Below are positions 38,924 to 46,918 of a stretch of 64,000 bases of DNA, one piece after another. A program made the position numbers and the translations under genes. The notes below the pieces were generated by a model. That model was not told the DNA's origin. It searched no databases and saw only the letters and a program-made list of their open reading frames with translations. How positions within the stretch are numbered: the first letter of the stretch is position 1; each line of letters starts with the position of its first letter. This stretch comes from a virus. Its lineage: Duplodnaviria > Caudoviricetes. Where the stretch lies: the IMG/VR virus record IMGVR_UViG_3300045282_000227, positions 2,013-66,012 of that record. One strand, 5' to 3'.

Positions 38924-39346
38924 ATGAGTGACATACCGAAGGCCGCACCACTACCCGAACTCTTGCCGTGTCCATTCTGTGGATCGCAGGCAAAACTGCG
39001 CTTGGTTGGAAACGAATACTTCGTCACATGTACGAAGAGTGGTGTCTGCTACGGCTTCCATGATATCTATCAGCGCGATCGTGATGGACATCGAGTTCAC
39101 GGATACACGTATGCTCAGGATGCGATCGACATCTGGAACCGTCGAGCACCGGCAGAAGGCCAGTTGAATTGGCAGCGTATGACAGCCGAAGCTCGAGCTC
39201 TCCAAGCCAGACACCTCGATAAGCACGAGGGCGATGTCTATCACGCGATGCAATATCTAGCTGTCAAGTTCGGCAGCAAGGAGCCGTGGTCGCTGACTCA
39301 ACCTCTCACAGTAACCGGCGACGGCGATCAGCTCATTCGCAACTAG
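38924..39346 (+). CDS. Lar-family (restriction alleviation) zinc-finger protein
   Basis: LLPCPFCGS..V.C....C..AIDIWNRR. Confidence 0.8.
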   Translation: MSDIPKAAPLPELLPCPFCGSQAKLRLVGNEYFVTCTKSGVCYGFHDIYQRDRDGHRVHGYTYAQDAIDIWNRRAPAEGQLNWQRMTAEARALQARHLDKHEGDVYHAMQYLAVKFGSKEPWSLTQPLTVTGDGDQLIRN

Positions 39347-39358
39347 AGGTAATCGAAC

Positions 39359-39541
39359 ATGAACCCATTCTCTGGTACGTACGTCAGCGTGACAGTCGAT
39401 ACCTATGGACGCGTCACCAACACTGTACCGCCACCGACCTTCAGTCCGGTCATGCGTAACAAATGCGTTTCATGTGGTTCTCGAGAGTTCAAGAAACACG
39501 GCGACCTATTGGTGTGCGCCTACTGTCGAAGTACAACCTGA
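39359..39541 (+). CDS. Small protein: tail-fibre repeat plus zinc ribbon
   Basis: GAGGT RBS; GTYVSVTVDTYGRVT + CVSCG..CAYC. Confidence 0.65.
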   Translation: MNPFSGTYVSVTVDTYGRVTNTVPPPTFSPVMRNKCVSCGSREFKKHGDLLVCAYCRSTT

Positions 39542-39979
39542 CTGAACGCCTTCCAGCTTGCCGATGTGTGAGCGTCGTGTGCGGATCATTATCCACGAGT
39601 TATACCAGTAGTCGTCCTCAAGGACGCGCCGCTCGAACTGCTCACGTGCCTCTAGGTAGCTCAAGGTTCCAAGAGATGGACAGAGATGCAAGATCTCTCG
39701 CTCGAAGAACTCCTCGCCGTGCAGCTCTAGTTGAGCGACCAACTCATCATTCGAACCAAAGTACTCGGGCCAATTTGAACTGACCTTCTGGCGCTTCTTC
39801 ATCCCTTTGACGACCTTGGTTTTCTTGAGGAAGAAACTCTTCTTGCCTAGATACGCTCGATTGTTCTTCGTGTCACGAATGACATACACGAATCCCACCA
39901 GGTCTGTTTCCATTCCACTGACGAATGGCTCGCCACGAAATAGCCACGGCTTGTAGTTTTTCGGCACTTTCTTAGCCAT
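39506..39979 (-). CDS. GIY-YIG-like endonuclease conserved in T4-like phages
   Basis: GFVYVI....RAYLGKK..W..Y.GS..F.REIL..E..YN. Confidence 0.75.
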   Translation of the reverse strand: MAKKVPKNYKPWLFRGEPFVSGMETDLVGFVYVIRDTKNNRAYLGKKSFFLKKTKVVKGMKKRQKVSSNWPEYFGSNDELVAQLELHGEEFFEREILHLCPSLGTLSYLEAREQFERRVLEDDYWYNSWIMIRTRRSHIGKLEGVQSGCTSTVGAHQ

Positions 39980-40024
39980 GTGGGTCTAGGCCTTCGTTTA
40001 GATGTAGAACATGATGAATGAAAC

Positions 40025-40086
40025 TGTAACTCATTGATTCCTAACAGGAAACACCAACGAGCCAGCATGGTGTAAGTCATTGATTT
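40025..40086. repeat. Direct pair of TGTAASTCATTGATT motifs (46-bp spacing)
   Basis: TGTAACTCATTGATT at 40025 and TGTAAGTCATTGATT at 40071. Confidence 0.65.
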
Positions 40087-40102
40087 ATATGGCGTTCGAG
40101 AA

Positions 40103-40633
40103 TTAACTCGGAAACAATCCGGTGCCAACTTTCAGGTTATTCCAGTTCTTGTAAGTCATTGTCACGGTCACAGTCTGAGCATGGTTTGAGTTTCCATACG
40201 AGACGTCCATCGAACCAATCGAAGCCGGCCAGGCTTCCAAGAGCTCGACGCCATATCGACGTTGACCGGCTTCATCCAAAGAATACATCTTGATTGAGCC
40301 GACATAGTTCGCATAGTACTCGGCTGACATCGTGGCCACATTGAACGAACGTTCGTTCCAGGTCTCAAACCAGCGACGCGTGTCACCGCCGGCATTCGCA
40401 TAGAAGCTGAAGGTCACCGGATCGTTTGCAAAACCGCTCGCATGTCTACGCGGGGCAGTATTGGTGCGCGACTCGGCCGACTGCATCATGCGAGCCGGGA
40501 AGGTCGCGGTGTGACATTTGATATTGATTGTCTTGCTGGACGCGGTGAACGGAGGATTGAACTCCACTTCGAAGCGGGCAACTTTCATCACACCTTGTGA
40601 GAAGTGGTGAATGAAATCTTGAAATTGACTCAT
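40103..40633 (-). CDS. Baseplate tail-tube initiator (gp54-like, tube fold)
   Basis: ARFEV..C.TATFPAR..VTFSF..R.WFE.W..YY.NY..EAWP.SIG; position next to gp2/gp4. Confidence 0.75.
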   Translation of the reverse strand: MSQFQDFIHHFSQGVMKVARFEVEFNPPFTASSKTINIKCHTATFPARMMQSAESRTNTAPRRHASGFANDPVTFSFYANAGGDTRRWFETWNERSFNVATMSAEYYANYVGSIKMYSLDEAGQRRYGVELLEAWPASIGSMDVSYGNSNHAQTVTVTMTYKNWNNLKVGTGLFPS

Positions 40634-41193
40634 CTTGTCTGACTCCAGATCTCTCGAGACGTTGCACCAATGAATTTCTGTAGCGGCAACATGGCAACCT
40701 GTTCCCAATACTTGTCATCGACTCTGAGCATTCGAGTGACGACATGGTTTCCTAGATATCTGTGAATCGTCGGACCAAACCAGCGATCTTTGACGAGGCC
40801 GTTCAAGAACTGATAACTCACCTTCATGTATGCTCGCGGAGTTCCCTCGCGCTTCTTGAAGTAGAGGAGCTTGTCGAGCAACTTGGCCCTGAGCATCGGC
40901 GGAAGGTAATGCAGGTTCATTCCCAGCCAGCCATCGTTATAGATGCTGATAGGGATGATCACCGGAAGCGTGTCGTACCAAGGGAGAGTGTCTTTGGTCT
41001 TCGGGTCATAGCCATAGATGAACATACCACCGATGAACACGTTGGTTTGTAGTCTGGCGTTGAAGGCTTCGACAGGGACCGTGCTAGAACGCAGCTTCGG
41101 CGCCATTGAGTAAAGCCATTTGACCGAAGCCTTGGAGTCTCCTGGTCCGGATCTCTTGAGCTTGTCTTCGATTGTAGGAGTTGTAGTCGGCAT
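40630..41193 (-). CDS. DNA end protector protein (gp2)
   Basis: YDPKTKDTLPWYDTLP..GMNLHYLPP.LR. Confidence 0.92.
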   Translation of the reverse strand: MPTTTPTIEDKLKRSGPGDSKASVKWLYSMAPKLRSSTVPVEAFNARLQTNVFIGGMFIYGYDPKTKDTLPWYDTLPVIIPISIYNDGWLGMNLHYLPPMLRAKLLDKLLYFKKREGTPRAYMKVSYQFLNGLVKDRWFGPTIHRYLGNHVVTRMLRVDDKYWEQVAMLPLQKFIGATSREIWSQTR

Positions 41194-41200
41194 CTTGTAT

Positions 41201-41653
41201 TTATCGACGTTTCTTGAGGCCGATATCGTATTCGGTCAGCACGCGGAAGTCCATGCCGTTCTTCTTGGCATACTCGGTCGCCGCTTCCCATTTGTCTTGG
41301 TTGACCTGGTAGGTGTACAGGCGTTCCATCTGTGCTCGAGTGTTCCTCTGGGCCTTGGGTGGACGCGTCTCGGCATCTGGTTTGATCTCAATCAGTAGCG
41401 TCTTCACTTCGCCGGAAGACGTCTTGATCTTGACGATGAAGTCAACGAAGTAGCGGCGCATCTTGTTGTCCATCTTCGAGAAGTATGGTACGACGCAGCC
41501 TTCAGAGTTCCAGTGAATGACCGAGGGATTCAGATCACACCAGTGAAACATCTTCAGTTCCCAGGACGAACGGAAGACAATGTCGTTCACGTTGCCCACG
41601 TACTTCTTTGGGTTGGATGGATAGAAGCGGCCTTGCCTGTAGTTACGAGCCAA
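41201..41653 (-). CDS. Head completion nuclease (gp4)
   Basis: GRFYPSNPKKYVG..RSSWE..RYFVDF..EIKP..NQDKWEAA..LTE. Confidence 0.93.
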   Translation of the reverse strand: MARNYRQGRFYPSNPKKYVGNVNDIVFRSSWELKMFHWCDLNPSVIHWNSEGCVVPYFSKMDNKMRRYFVDFIVKIKTSSGEVKTLLIEIKPDAETRPPKAQRNTRAQMERLYTYQVNQDKWEAATEYAKKNGMDFRVLTEYDIGLKKRR

Positions 41654-41665
41654 GATTTTCGCCCT

Positions 41666-41701
41666 TAAATATCAATGTAATTCATAGGTATAGATATTTA
41701 G
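41666..41701. promoter_or_regulatory. Overlapping divergent late-type TAAATA promoters
   Basis: TAAATA on + near 41666 and TATTTAG at 41695-41701 between gp4 and gp48. Confidence 0.55.
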
Positions 41702-42592
41702 ATGACAGACACGATTCTCCAATATCCACCAGATATCGGCCAGCCAGAGAACAGTCCGGCTTGGGCTCACTTCACGTTCTTCGAGTGGGGTCGTTCGGGT
41801 CTGGCCAAGGAAGGAATGGCTCCCGGCGCCCAGGTGGGTCTCTACATGCCAGAGCGTGTCAAGTCACCGGGCACAACTCGTTGGGATGCTGAACAGTTGG
41901 GATTCGTCGGCGCCAAGGCAGTTGATGCCGAACGTGGTATCTTGAACACGATGACAGGTCAGCAAGACAACACAAACTTCTTCTCACAGATCACATCCAA
42001 GATCTCTGACATCGCTTCCCAAGGTCTACAGGTTGGTGCAGCTCATATCGGCGCAGACCTCCTCGCTGACACTGTCAACCTGTTCGGCGGCAAGGCATCG
42101 GCAGAAGGCATTCTTGGTGCGGCTGCAGGTAGAACCTTCAACCCATATCTGACCATGCTCTTCAAGAGCGTTGACTTCCGGACGTTCTCGTTCAACTTCA
42201 AGTTCATCGCCCGCAACGAATCCGAAACCCGGCTGATCGACCAGATCGTCAAGACCTTCAGGAAGGCCTCGTTGCCGACATACAACACCGACGTGATCAG
42301 CTCAACCACCTCGTCCAGCGGAAGTGCTACCGACGCCGTTCCGTTCTTCGGCTATCCGAATGTCTGTGAGATCAGATTCAAATGGGGTCACGGCGACAAT
42401 CGTTGGCTCCCGAGAATGAAGCGCGCAGCACTCGTTGACGTTGACGTTGAATATGGCTCACAAGGTCAGTACATTGGCTTCGCCGCATCGGAAGGTGCAC
42501 CTCTCGAAGTCTCACTCTCAACGAAGTGGCAAGAGATCGAACTGGTCACGGCTGGCGACATCAACACTTCACCTGGATCGCAGAGCTACTAA
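41702..42592 (+). CDS. Baseplate tail-tube cap (gp48)
   Basis: LQYP..LYMP..NPYLTMLFKSVDFRTFSFNFKF.ARNE.E..I..F...P. Confidence 0.85.
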   Translation: MTDTILQYPPDIGQPENSPAWAHFTFFEWGRSGLAKEGMAPGAQVGLYMPERVKSPGTTRWDAEQLGFVGAKAVDAERGILNTMTGQQDNTNFFSQITSKISDIASQGLQVGAAHIGADLLADTVNLFGGKASAEGILGAAAGRTFNPYLTMLFKSVDFRTFSFNFKFIARNESETRLIDQIVKTFRKASLPTYNTDVISSTTSSSGSATDAVPFFGYPNVCEIRFKWGHGDNRWLPRMKRAALVDVDVEYGSQGQYIGFAASEGAPLEVSLSTKWQEIELVTAGDINTSPGSQSY

Positions 42593-43128
42593 TGTTCTTC
42601 AAGAAATTCGGTTCGATCAATTATCAGCTTGATGGCTACTCGAAAGACGCCATGAACATCCTGACTGCCGTTGTTCTGCGCAGTTTGAATGTCGACAAGT
42701 CCTACGTCTACCAACAGTACATCGTTCCGGCTGGTGCGGGTCCAGAAGTCGTCGCCAATACACTCTACAAGAACCCAGATCACTACTGGACCGTACTACT
42801 CATCAACGGAATGGTCGATCCATTCGTGGACTGGCCAATGTCAGACGAGACGCTCGAGGAATGGGTGACGGCCCGATACGATGATCCGTTCAAGGTCATC
42901 TACTTCACGAATGTCACGGATGGTTCGAACTACGACGATGTGGACTCGAAGCTGTTCTTCGATATGGTCGAGAACAACGAAACTCTCCCATACAATGTTC
43001 ATCCCGTAACTGCTCTAGAAGATGCACAGATCGCAAACAACAAGAAGCGCGAGATCACAGTGATTGGACCTGGCTATATCGATACCTTTGTCGAACTCTT
43101 TGAACGTGCGCTCGAGGACCGAGCATGA
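42592..43128 (+). CDS. Baseplate wedge subunit (gp53)
   Basis: FFKKF..INY..PEVVA..LY..YWTVLLING..DP..DWP. Confidence 0.88.
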   Translation: MFFKKFGSINYQLDGYSKDAMNILTAVVLRSLNVDKSYVYQQYIVPAGAGPEVVANTLYKNPDHYWTVLLINGMVDPFVDWPMSDETLEEWVTARYDDPFKVIYFTNVTDGSNYDDVDSKLFFDMVENNETLPYNVHPVTALEDAQIANNKKREITVIGPGYIDTFVELFERALEDRA

Positions 43129-44348
43129 TTGGTGGCAACAAGATAGCCGATGTCAAGAAGTGGCTAATCAATATCGAGGGTGTGGACGTTTCGGACGCCG
43201 TCCTATCTGTGAACGTTCACCAAGACATCTTTGCGCCATGCACGACTGCAATCTTCAGATTCAATGACACGAACAACCTGCTCATGAACCTGCCGATTCG
43301 TGCAGGACTTCGAATCGCGTTCGCGTACCAGACCGAGACCGGATCGGAGGTCGGTGACGGCAACAAGCAATGGAACTTCGTGATCCACAAGATCGCCGAC
43401 AAGGAAATGACAGGCCAGCAGCAGCAAACCTATTCGGTCTATGCTGTTGACAGAACCTTCTTGGCCAACGAGGTACAACGCGTTCGCAAGGCCTACAAGA
43501 ACACAAAGGTCTCTGAGATTGCATCGAGCATCATTTCTGAGAAACTGAATCGCCAGGTCGACGTCCATCCGACCGACAACAATATGTCGATCGTCGTCCC
43601 GGCCTGGACTCCATATGATACGCTCGCATGGCTGACCAAGGTTGCGATGAAGGACAAGGCAGCCGATTACATCTTCTTCATGCAGCACGATGGGAAGTTC
43701 GCGTTCAAATCCTTTGAACAACTCTATTCGTCGTCTAGCGAATCTTGCAAGATTCGCTTCCAGATCGCACCGAACAGCATCACGAATCAGACAGGTGAGC
43801 CGATTCACGATCGCACCACATTCATCGAGCAATACCAGTTCGAGCATTTCGACGCCCTGATGAACCTGAAGTCTGGCTACTACAAGAACAAGCTGTTCAC
43901 GTATGACGTTCTCACCAAGAAGTGGGAAGAGAAGGTGTTCACGTTCGGCGACGACAACGCAGCCGACAAGAAGGTTCAGCCCGTGGACGAGTTCATGTCC
44001 GGCACGGAAGATGTGACCTTTGGTTTCCTTCCGAAGCACACACAGATGAACACGACCGCAAACTATCTCGACACAAGCACGGATTGGTTCGGTTCACGAA
44101 AGTCAAGCATCCAGAAGTTCGAACAAGAAAAGCTGCTCTTCCAGGTTCCTGGCTCTGCCAAGTCTTGTGAGTGGTTTGGAAAGAACTGCGTCGTCGATCT
44201 TCCATCACAAGATGAACAATCGGGCGAGCGTTTCGATAAGCATCGCAGAGGCAACTACTTGATTACTGCAATGACACACATGGTAGGTCGCGAGGCATAC
44301 ATGGTCAACATCGAAGGCGTCAAGAAGCGTCTCGAGGTGGCAGCATGA
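43125..44348 (+). CDS. Baseplate hub protein (gp27-like)
   Basis: Position gp53-hub-gp5; VVP.WTP...WL; GNYLITAMTH. Confidence 0.7.
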   Translation: MIGGNKIADVKKWLINIEGVDVSDAVLSVNVHQDIFAPCTTAIFRFNDTNNLLMNLPIRAGLRIAFAYQTETGSEVGDGNKQWNFVIHKIADKEMTGQQQQTYSVYAVDRTFLANEVQRVRKAYKNTKVSEIASSIISEKLNRQVDVHPTDNNMSIVVPAWTPYDTLAWLTKVAMKDKAADYIFFMQHDGKFAFKSFEQLYSSSSESCKIRFQIAPNSITNQTGEPIHDRTTFIEQYQFEHFDALMNLKSGYYKNKLFTYDVLTKKWEEKVFTFGDDNAADKKVQPVDEFMSGTEDVTFGFLPKHTQMNTTANYLDTSTDWFGSRKSSIQKFEQEKLLFQVPGSAKSCEWFGKNCVVDLPSQDEQSGERFDKHRRGNYLITAMTHMVGREAYMVNIEGVKKRLEVAA

Positions 44349-44935
44349 ATAGATATGATCAATTAGCATATACATATCTTATAGGATGGCCCTCTTTGAG
44401 GAAGTGGTACTATGGGTACAGATGTGCTAATCGTAAATCTCCAGAAGAAGATTTCTGGATTGAATATTTTACATCTTCGCCTTTGGTGAAGCAATTCATA
44501 GAATTCTATGGTCAACCTGAATTCAAAGAAATCGACCAGACTTTTCCGAATGGTAATGAAGCTCATCAACACGAAATTCAAACATTGATGAAGTTGAATG
44601 CCGGCAAATCGAATCAGTTTCTTAATCAGTATGTTTGGGTAAGTGGTGGGCAGATGAGCGATGCAACTCGTGCAAAAATGTCAGCATCTCATACAGGAAA
44701 ATCGCACCCACAGAAAAAGAAACCACCATTCTCTCTAACGCACAGACAGAATCTTTCATTATCGAAAACGGGGATTAAGAATACACTCTTTGGAAAATCC
44801 CTCAGTCTGGAAAGACGTAAACAGATGTCCGAGACGCGTAAAGGTGTGAACAATTCTTTCTTTGGAAAGCACCACAATGACGAAACCAAAAGAAAGATTT
44901 CAGAAACCAAGAGATTGAGAAAACAACATGCATAA
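44345..44935 (+). mobile_element. Free-standing homing endonuclease (GIY-YIG-like + NUMOD3 repeats)
   Basis: YTYLIGW..WYYGYR..YFTSS; KMS.SH.GK, FFGKHHNDETKRKISE; AT-richer than flanks. Confidence 0.85.
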
Positions 44936-46355
44936 TTTCTCATTTGGTGAGTTTTGTTGGTTCATCGGCGTCGTAGAGGATCGCGAGGATCCTAACAAGC
45001 TAGGACGTGTGAAGGTTCGAGTATTCGGCTACCACTCACAAGACACTTCTGAGGTCACGAAAGAAGATCTGCCGTGGGCCACTGTCATGTTGCCTACGAA
45101 CTCTGCGTCCAAGAAGGGCATCGGTCAGGCTCCGGTCGGTATGCAGGTCGGCACACACGTCGTCGGTTTCTTCCTCGATTCCGAGAATGCCCAGGTTCCT
45201 ATGATCATGGGCACGTTGGTTGGTATGCCAGATGAAGAGCCAGACACGAACAAACTCGTTCGAGGTGAACAACTAGACGAGACGATCATCCAGGACAAGA
45301 TCGACAATCTCTTGACGTCTGATCCGAACGGTTCCTCAATGAGCGCAAGTTCGTTGACTCAGCAGCTCACAGATGCAACCAAGCTCATGGACACGAATGT
45401 CCTCTCGGCTCGTTCCTTGACCGGGAGTCTCCAGATCCCAAGTCTGTCTGACATTCAGGCGAACATGGGTTCGATCCTTGCGAATGCGTCGGGTCCAATC
45501 ACAGCCGAAGGTGCCTTGGCACAGATCCAGAATACGATCGGAAACATTCAAGGACAGGTCGCGACCATCCAGCAGACGACCGAACGACTCAAGAGCATCA
45601 CGAATTCGGCCGACCAATTCGACGTCCAGAACATCCTCCATTCACAGATCGACGGCTTCAAGCAGAGTGTTGAAGGTGCTGCGTCGGGCATCCTCGGTCC
45701 GTTCACACAACAGATCGGCAATCTCACCTCCGCAGTCGATGCTCTACAGAACCTAAAGTCTGCAACTCTGAGTTTCAATAGTCTGCAGCAGGCTCTGAGT
45801 TCTGTCAGCCAGCTTCTTGGTGCGATTGGTCAGCTCAAGGCTCTTTCGAGATTCCTCGGCGGCAGCGCAGCAGCGACCATCAACGGACTGAAGGCCGGTG
45901 CGTTGTCCAATGTCTGGAACGAAGCACCATCGAGAGCTGCACCGAAGTATCCATACAACGACATCAAGGCCACTGAAGGTGGACACGTTGACGAGTTCGA
46001 CAATACGCCGGGCTCTGAACGACGTGCTTGGTACCACCCAACCGGAACCTTTCAAGAGGTCGCTCCGGATGGTACGATAGTGACAAAGATAGTGAAAGAC
46101 AATTATTCGATTACGATGGGAGATCATAAGGTTCATGTGGAAGGTGAAGTTCAAGTCAATATTCTCGGTAATGCTAAGGTTGTCGTTGCTGGCGATCTTG
46201 CTCTGCGCGTTGACGGTAATCGCACTGATATCGTCTCTGGAGACTACACTCTGGCTGTCGCAGGTGATTATTCACTCGCCATAGACGGAGCCTGCAACAT
46301 CAAATCGAATACACACTTCAAAGTTCTGGCGCCACGAGTTGATTTGAACGAGTAA
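44928..46355 (+). CDS. Baseplate hub/spike gp5 (OB fold + beta-helix, no lysozyme)
   Basis: WFIGVVEDREDPNKLGRVKVR..LPWA..VVGFFLD; YPYN..EFDNTPG.ER..H.TGT..E. Confidence 0.92.
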   Translation: MHNFSFGEFCWFIGVVEDREDPNKLGRVKVRVFGYHSQDTSEVTKEDLPWATVMLPTNSASKKGIGQAPVGMQVGTHVVGFFLDSENAQVPMIMGTLVGMPDEEPDTNKLVRGEQLDETIIQDKIDNLLTSDPNGSSMSASSLTQQLTDATKLMDTNVLSARSLTGSLQIPSLSDIQANMGSILANASGPITAEGALAQIQNTIGNIQGQVATIQQTTERLKSITNSADQFDVQNILHSQIDGFKQSVEGAASGILGPFTQQIGNLTSAVDALQNLKSATLSFNSLQQALSSVSQLLGAIGQLKALSRFLGGSAAATINGLKAGALSNVWNEAPSRAAPKYPYNDIKATEGGHVDEFDNTPGSERRAWYHPTGTFQEVAPDGTIVTKIVKDNYSITMGDHKVHVEGEVQVNILGNAKVVVAGDLALRVDGNRTDIVSGDYTLAVAGDYSLAIDGACNIKSNTHFKVLAPRVDLNE

Positions 46356-46365
46356 TTTCTGGCAC

Positions 46366-46373
46366 CATAAATA
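46366..46373 (+). promoter_or_regulatory. T4-late-like promoter (CATAAATA)
   Basis: Near-consensus TATAAATA before AAGGAG RBS of 46401. Confidence 0.6.
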
Positions 46374-46400
46374 ACAACGTAACCCAAGGAGATTTAGACA

Positions 46401-46832
46401 ATGGCAGGCACAACTGCAACCCGTTTTCAATTTGAAGCATTCTTGACCTGGCTCTTGAAAGGCACACCGACGTATTCGCGTCCGTCCTCTTTTTGGGTCG
46501 GCCTGTTCACTGTGGCTCCGAACCTCATCACGAATACCTCGGGAACCGAAGTTTCGACCTCGGGCACGGCATACGAGCGAGTGAATATCGCTGCGTCGGC
46601 ATGGGGTGGTCCGTCGGGTGACTACAGCGTCTACTCGAACACTTCGGCTATCGTATGGCCGAACGCACCGACCGGCAACTGGGGCACAATCGTAGGCGCA
46701 GGCTTGTTCGATGCGTCGACTTCTGGCAACCTTTGCTACTACGCCGCTCTACAGACCGCCAAGACCGTGAACAACGGCGACGGTGCACCGCGTATCGAAA
46801 TCGGTCAGTTCCAGGTCAGCCGCGCTACTTGA
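46401..46832 (+). CDS. Virion structural protein (fibre/baseplate attachment type)
   Basis: VGLFT.AP..GTEVS..Y.RV..WGTI...GLFDA.TSGN. Confidence 0.75.
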   Translation: MAGTTATRFQFEAFLTWLLKGTPTYSRPSSFWVGLFTVAPNLITNTSGTEVSTSGTAYERVNIAASAWGGPSGDYSVYSNTSAIVWPNAPTGNWGTIVGAGLFDASTSGNLCYYAALQTAKTVNNGDGAPRIEIGQFQVSRAT

Positions 46833-46868
46833 TCCGTAGTCTCGACTTCATTGTCCAGACTCTTGTTA

Positions 46869-46898
46869 GAGAATGCGTCTGCAATATGGCGCATTCTC
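46869..46898 (+). terminator. Intergenic hairpin (possible terminator or processing site)
   Basis: GAGAATGCGTC-loop-GGCGCATTCTC; no clear U tract. Confidence 0.4.
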
Positions 46899-46918
46899 CT
46901 CTATGTGGTGATCTCTGA

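Noticed and set aside
29391-39418. Fibre repeat copies as a diversity-generating retroelement TR/VR pair
   Set aside because: Differences are mostly at synonymous positions rather than adenine-specific, and no reverse transcriptase is visible
40150-40161. Additional TGTAAGTCATTG copy
   Set aside because: Lies inside the gp54-like coding sequence (T-M-T-Y-K codons) and is probably coincidental
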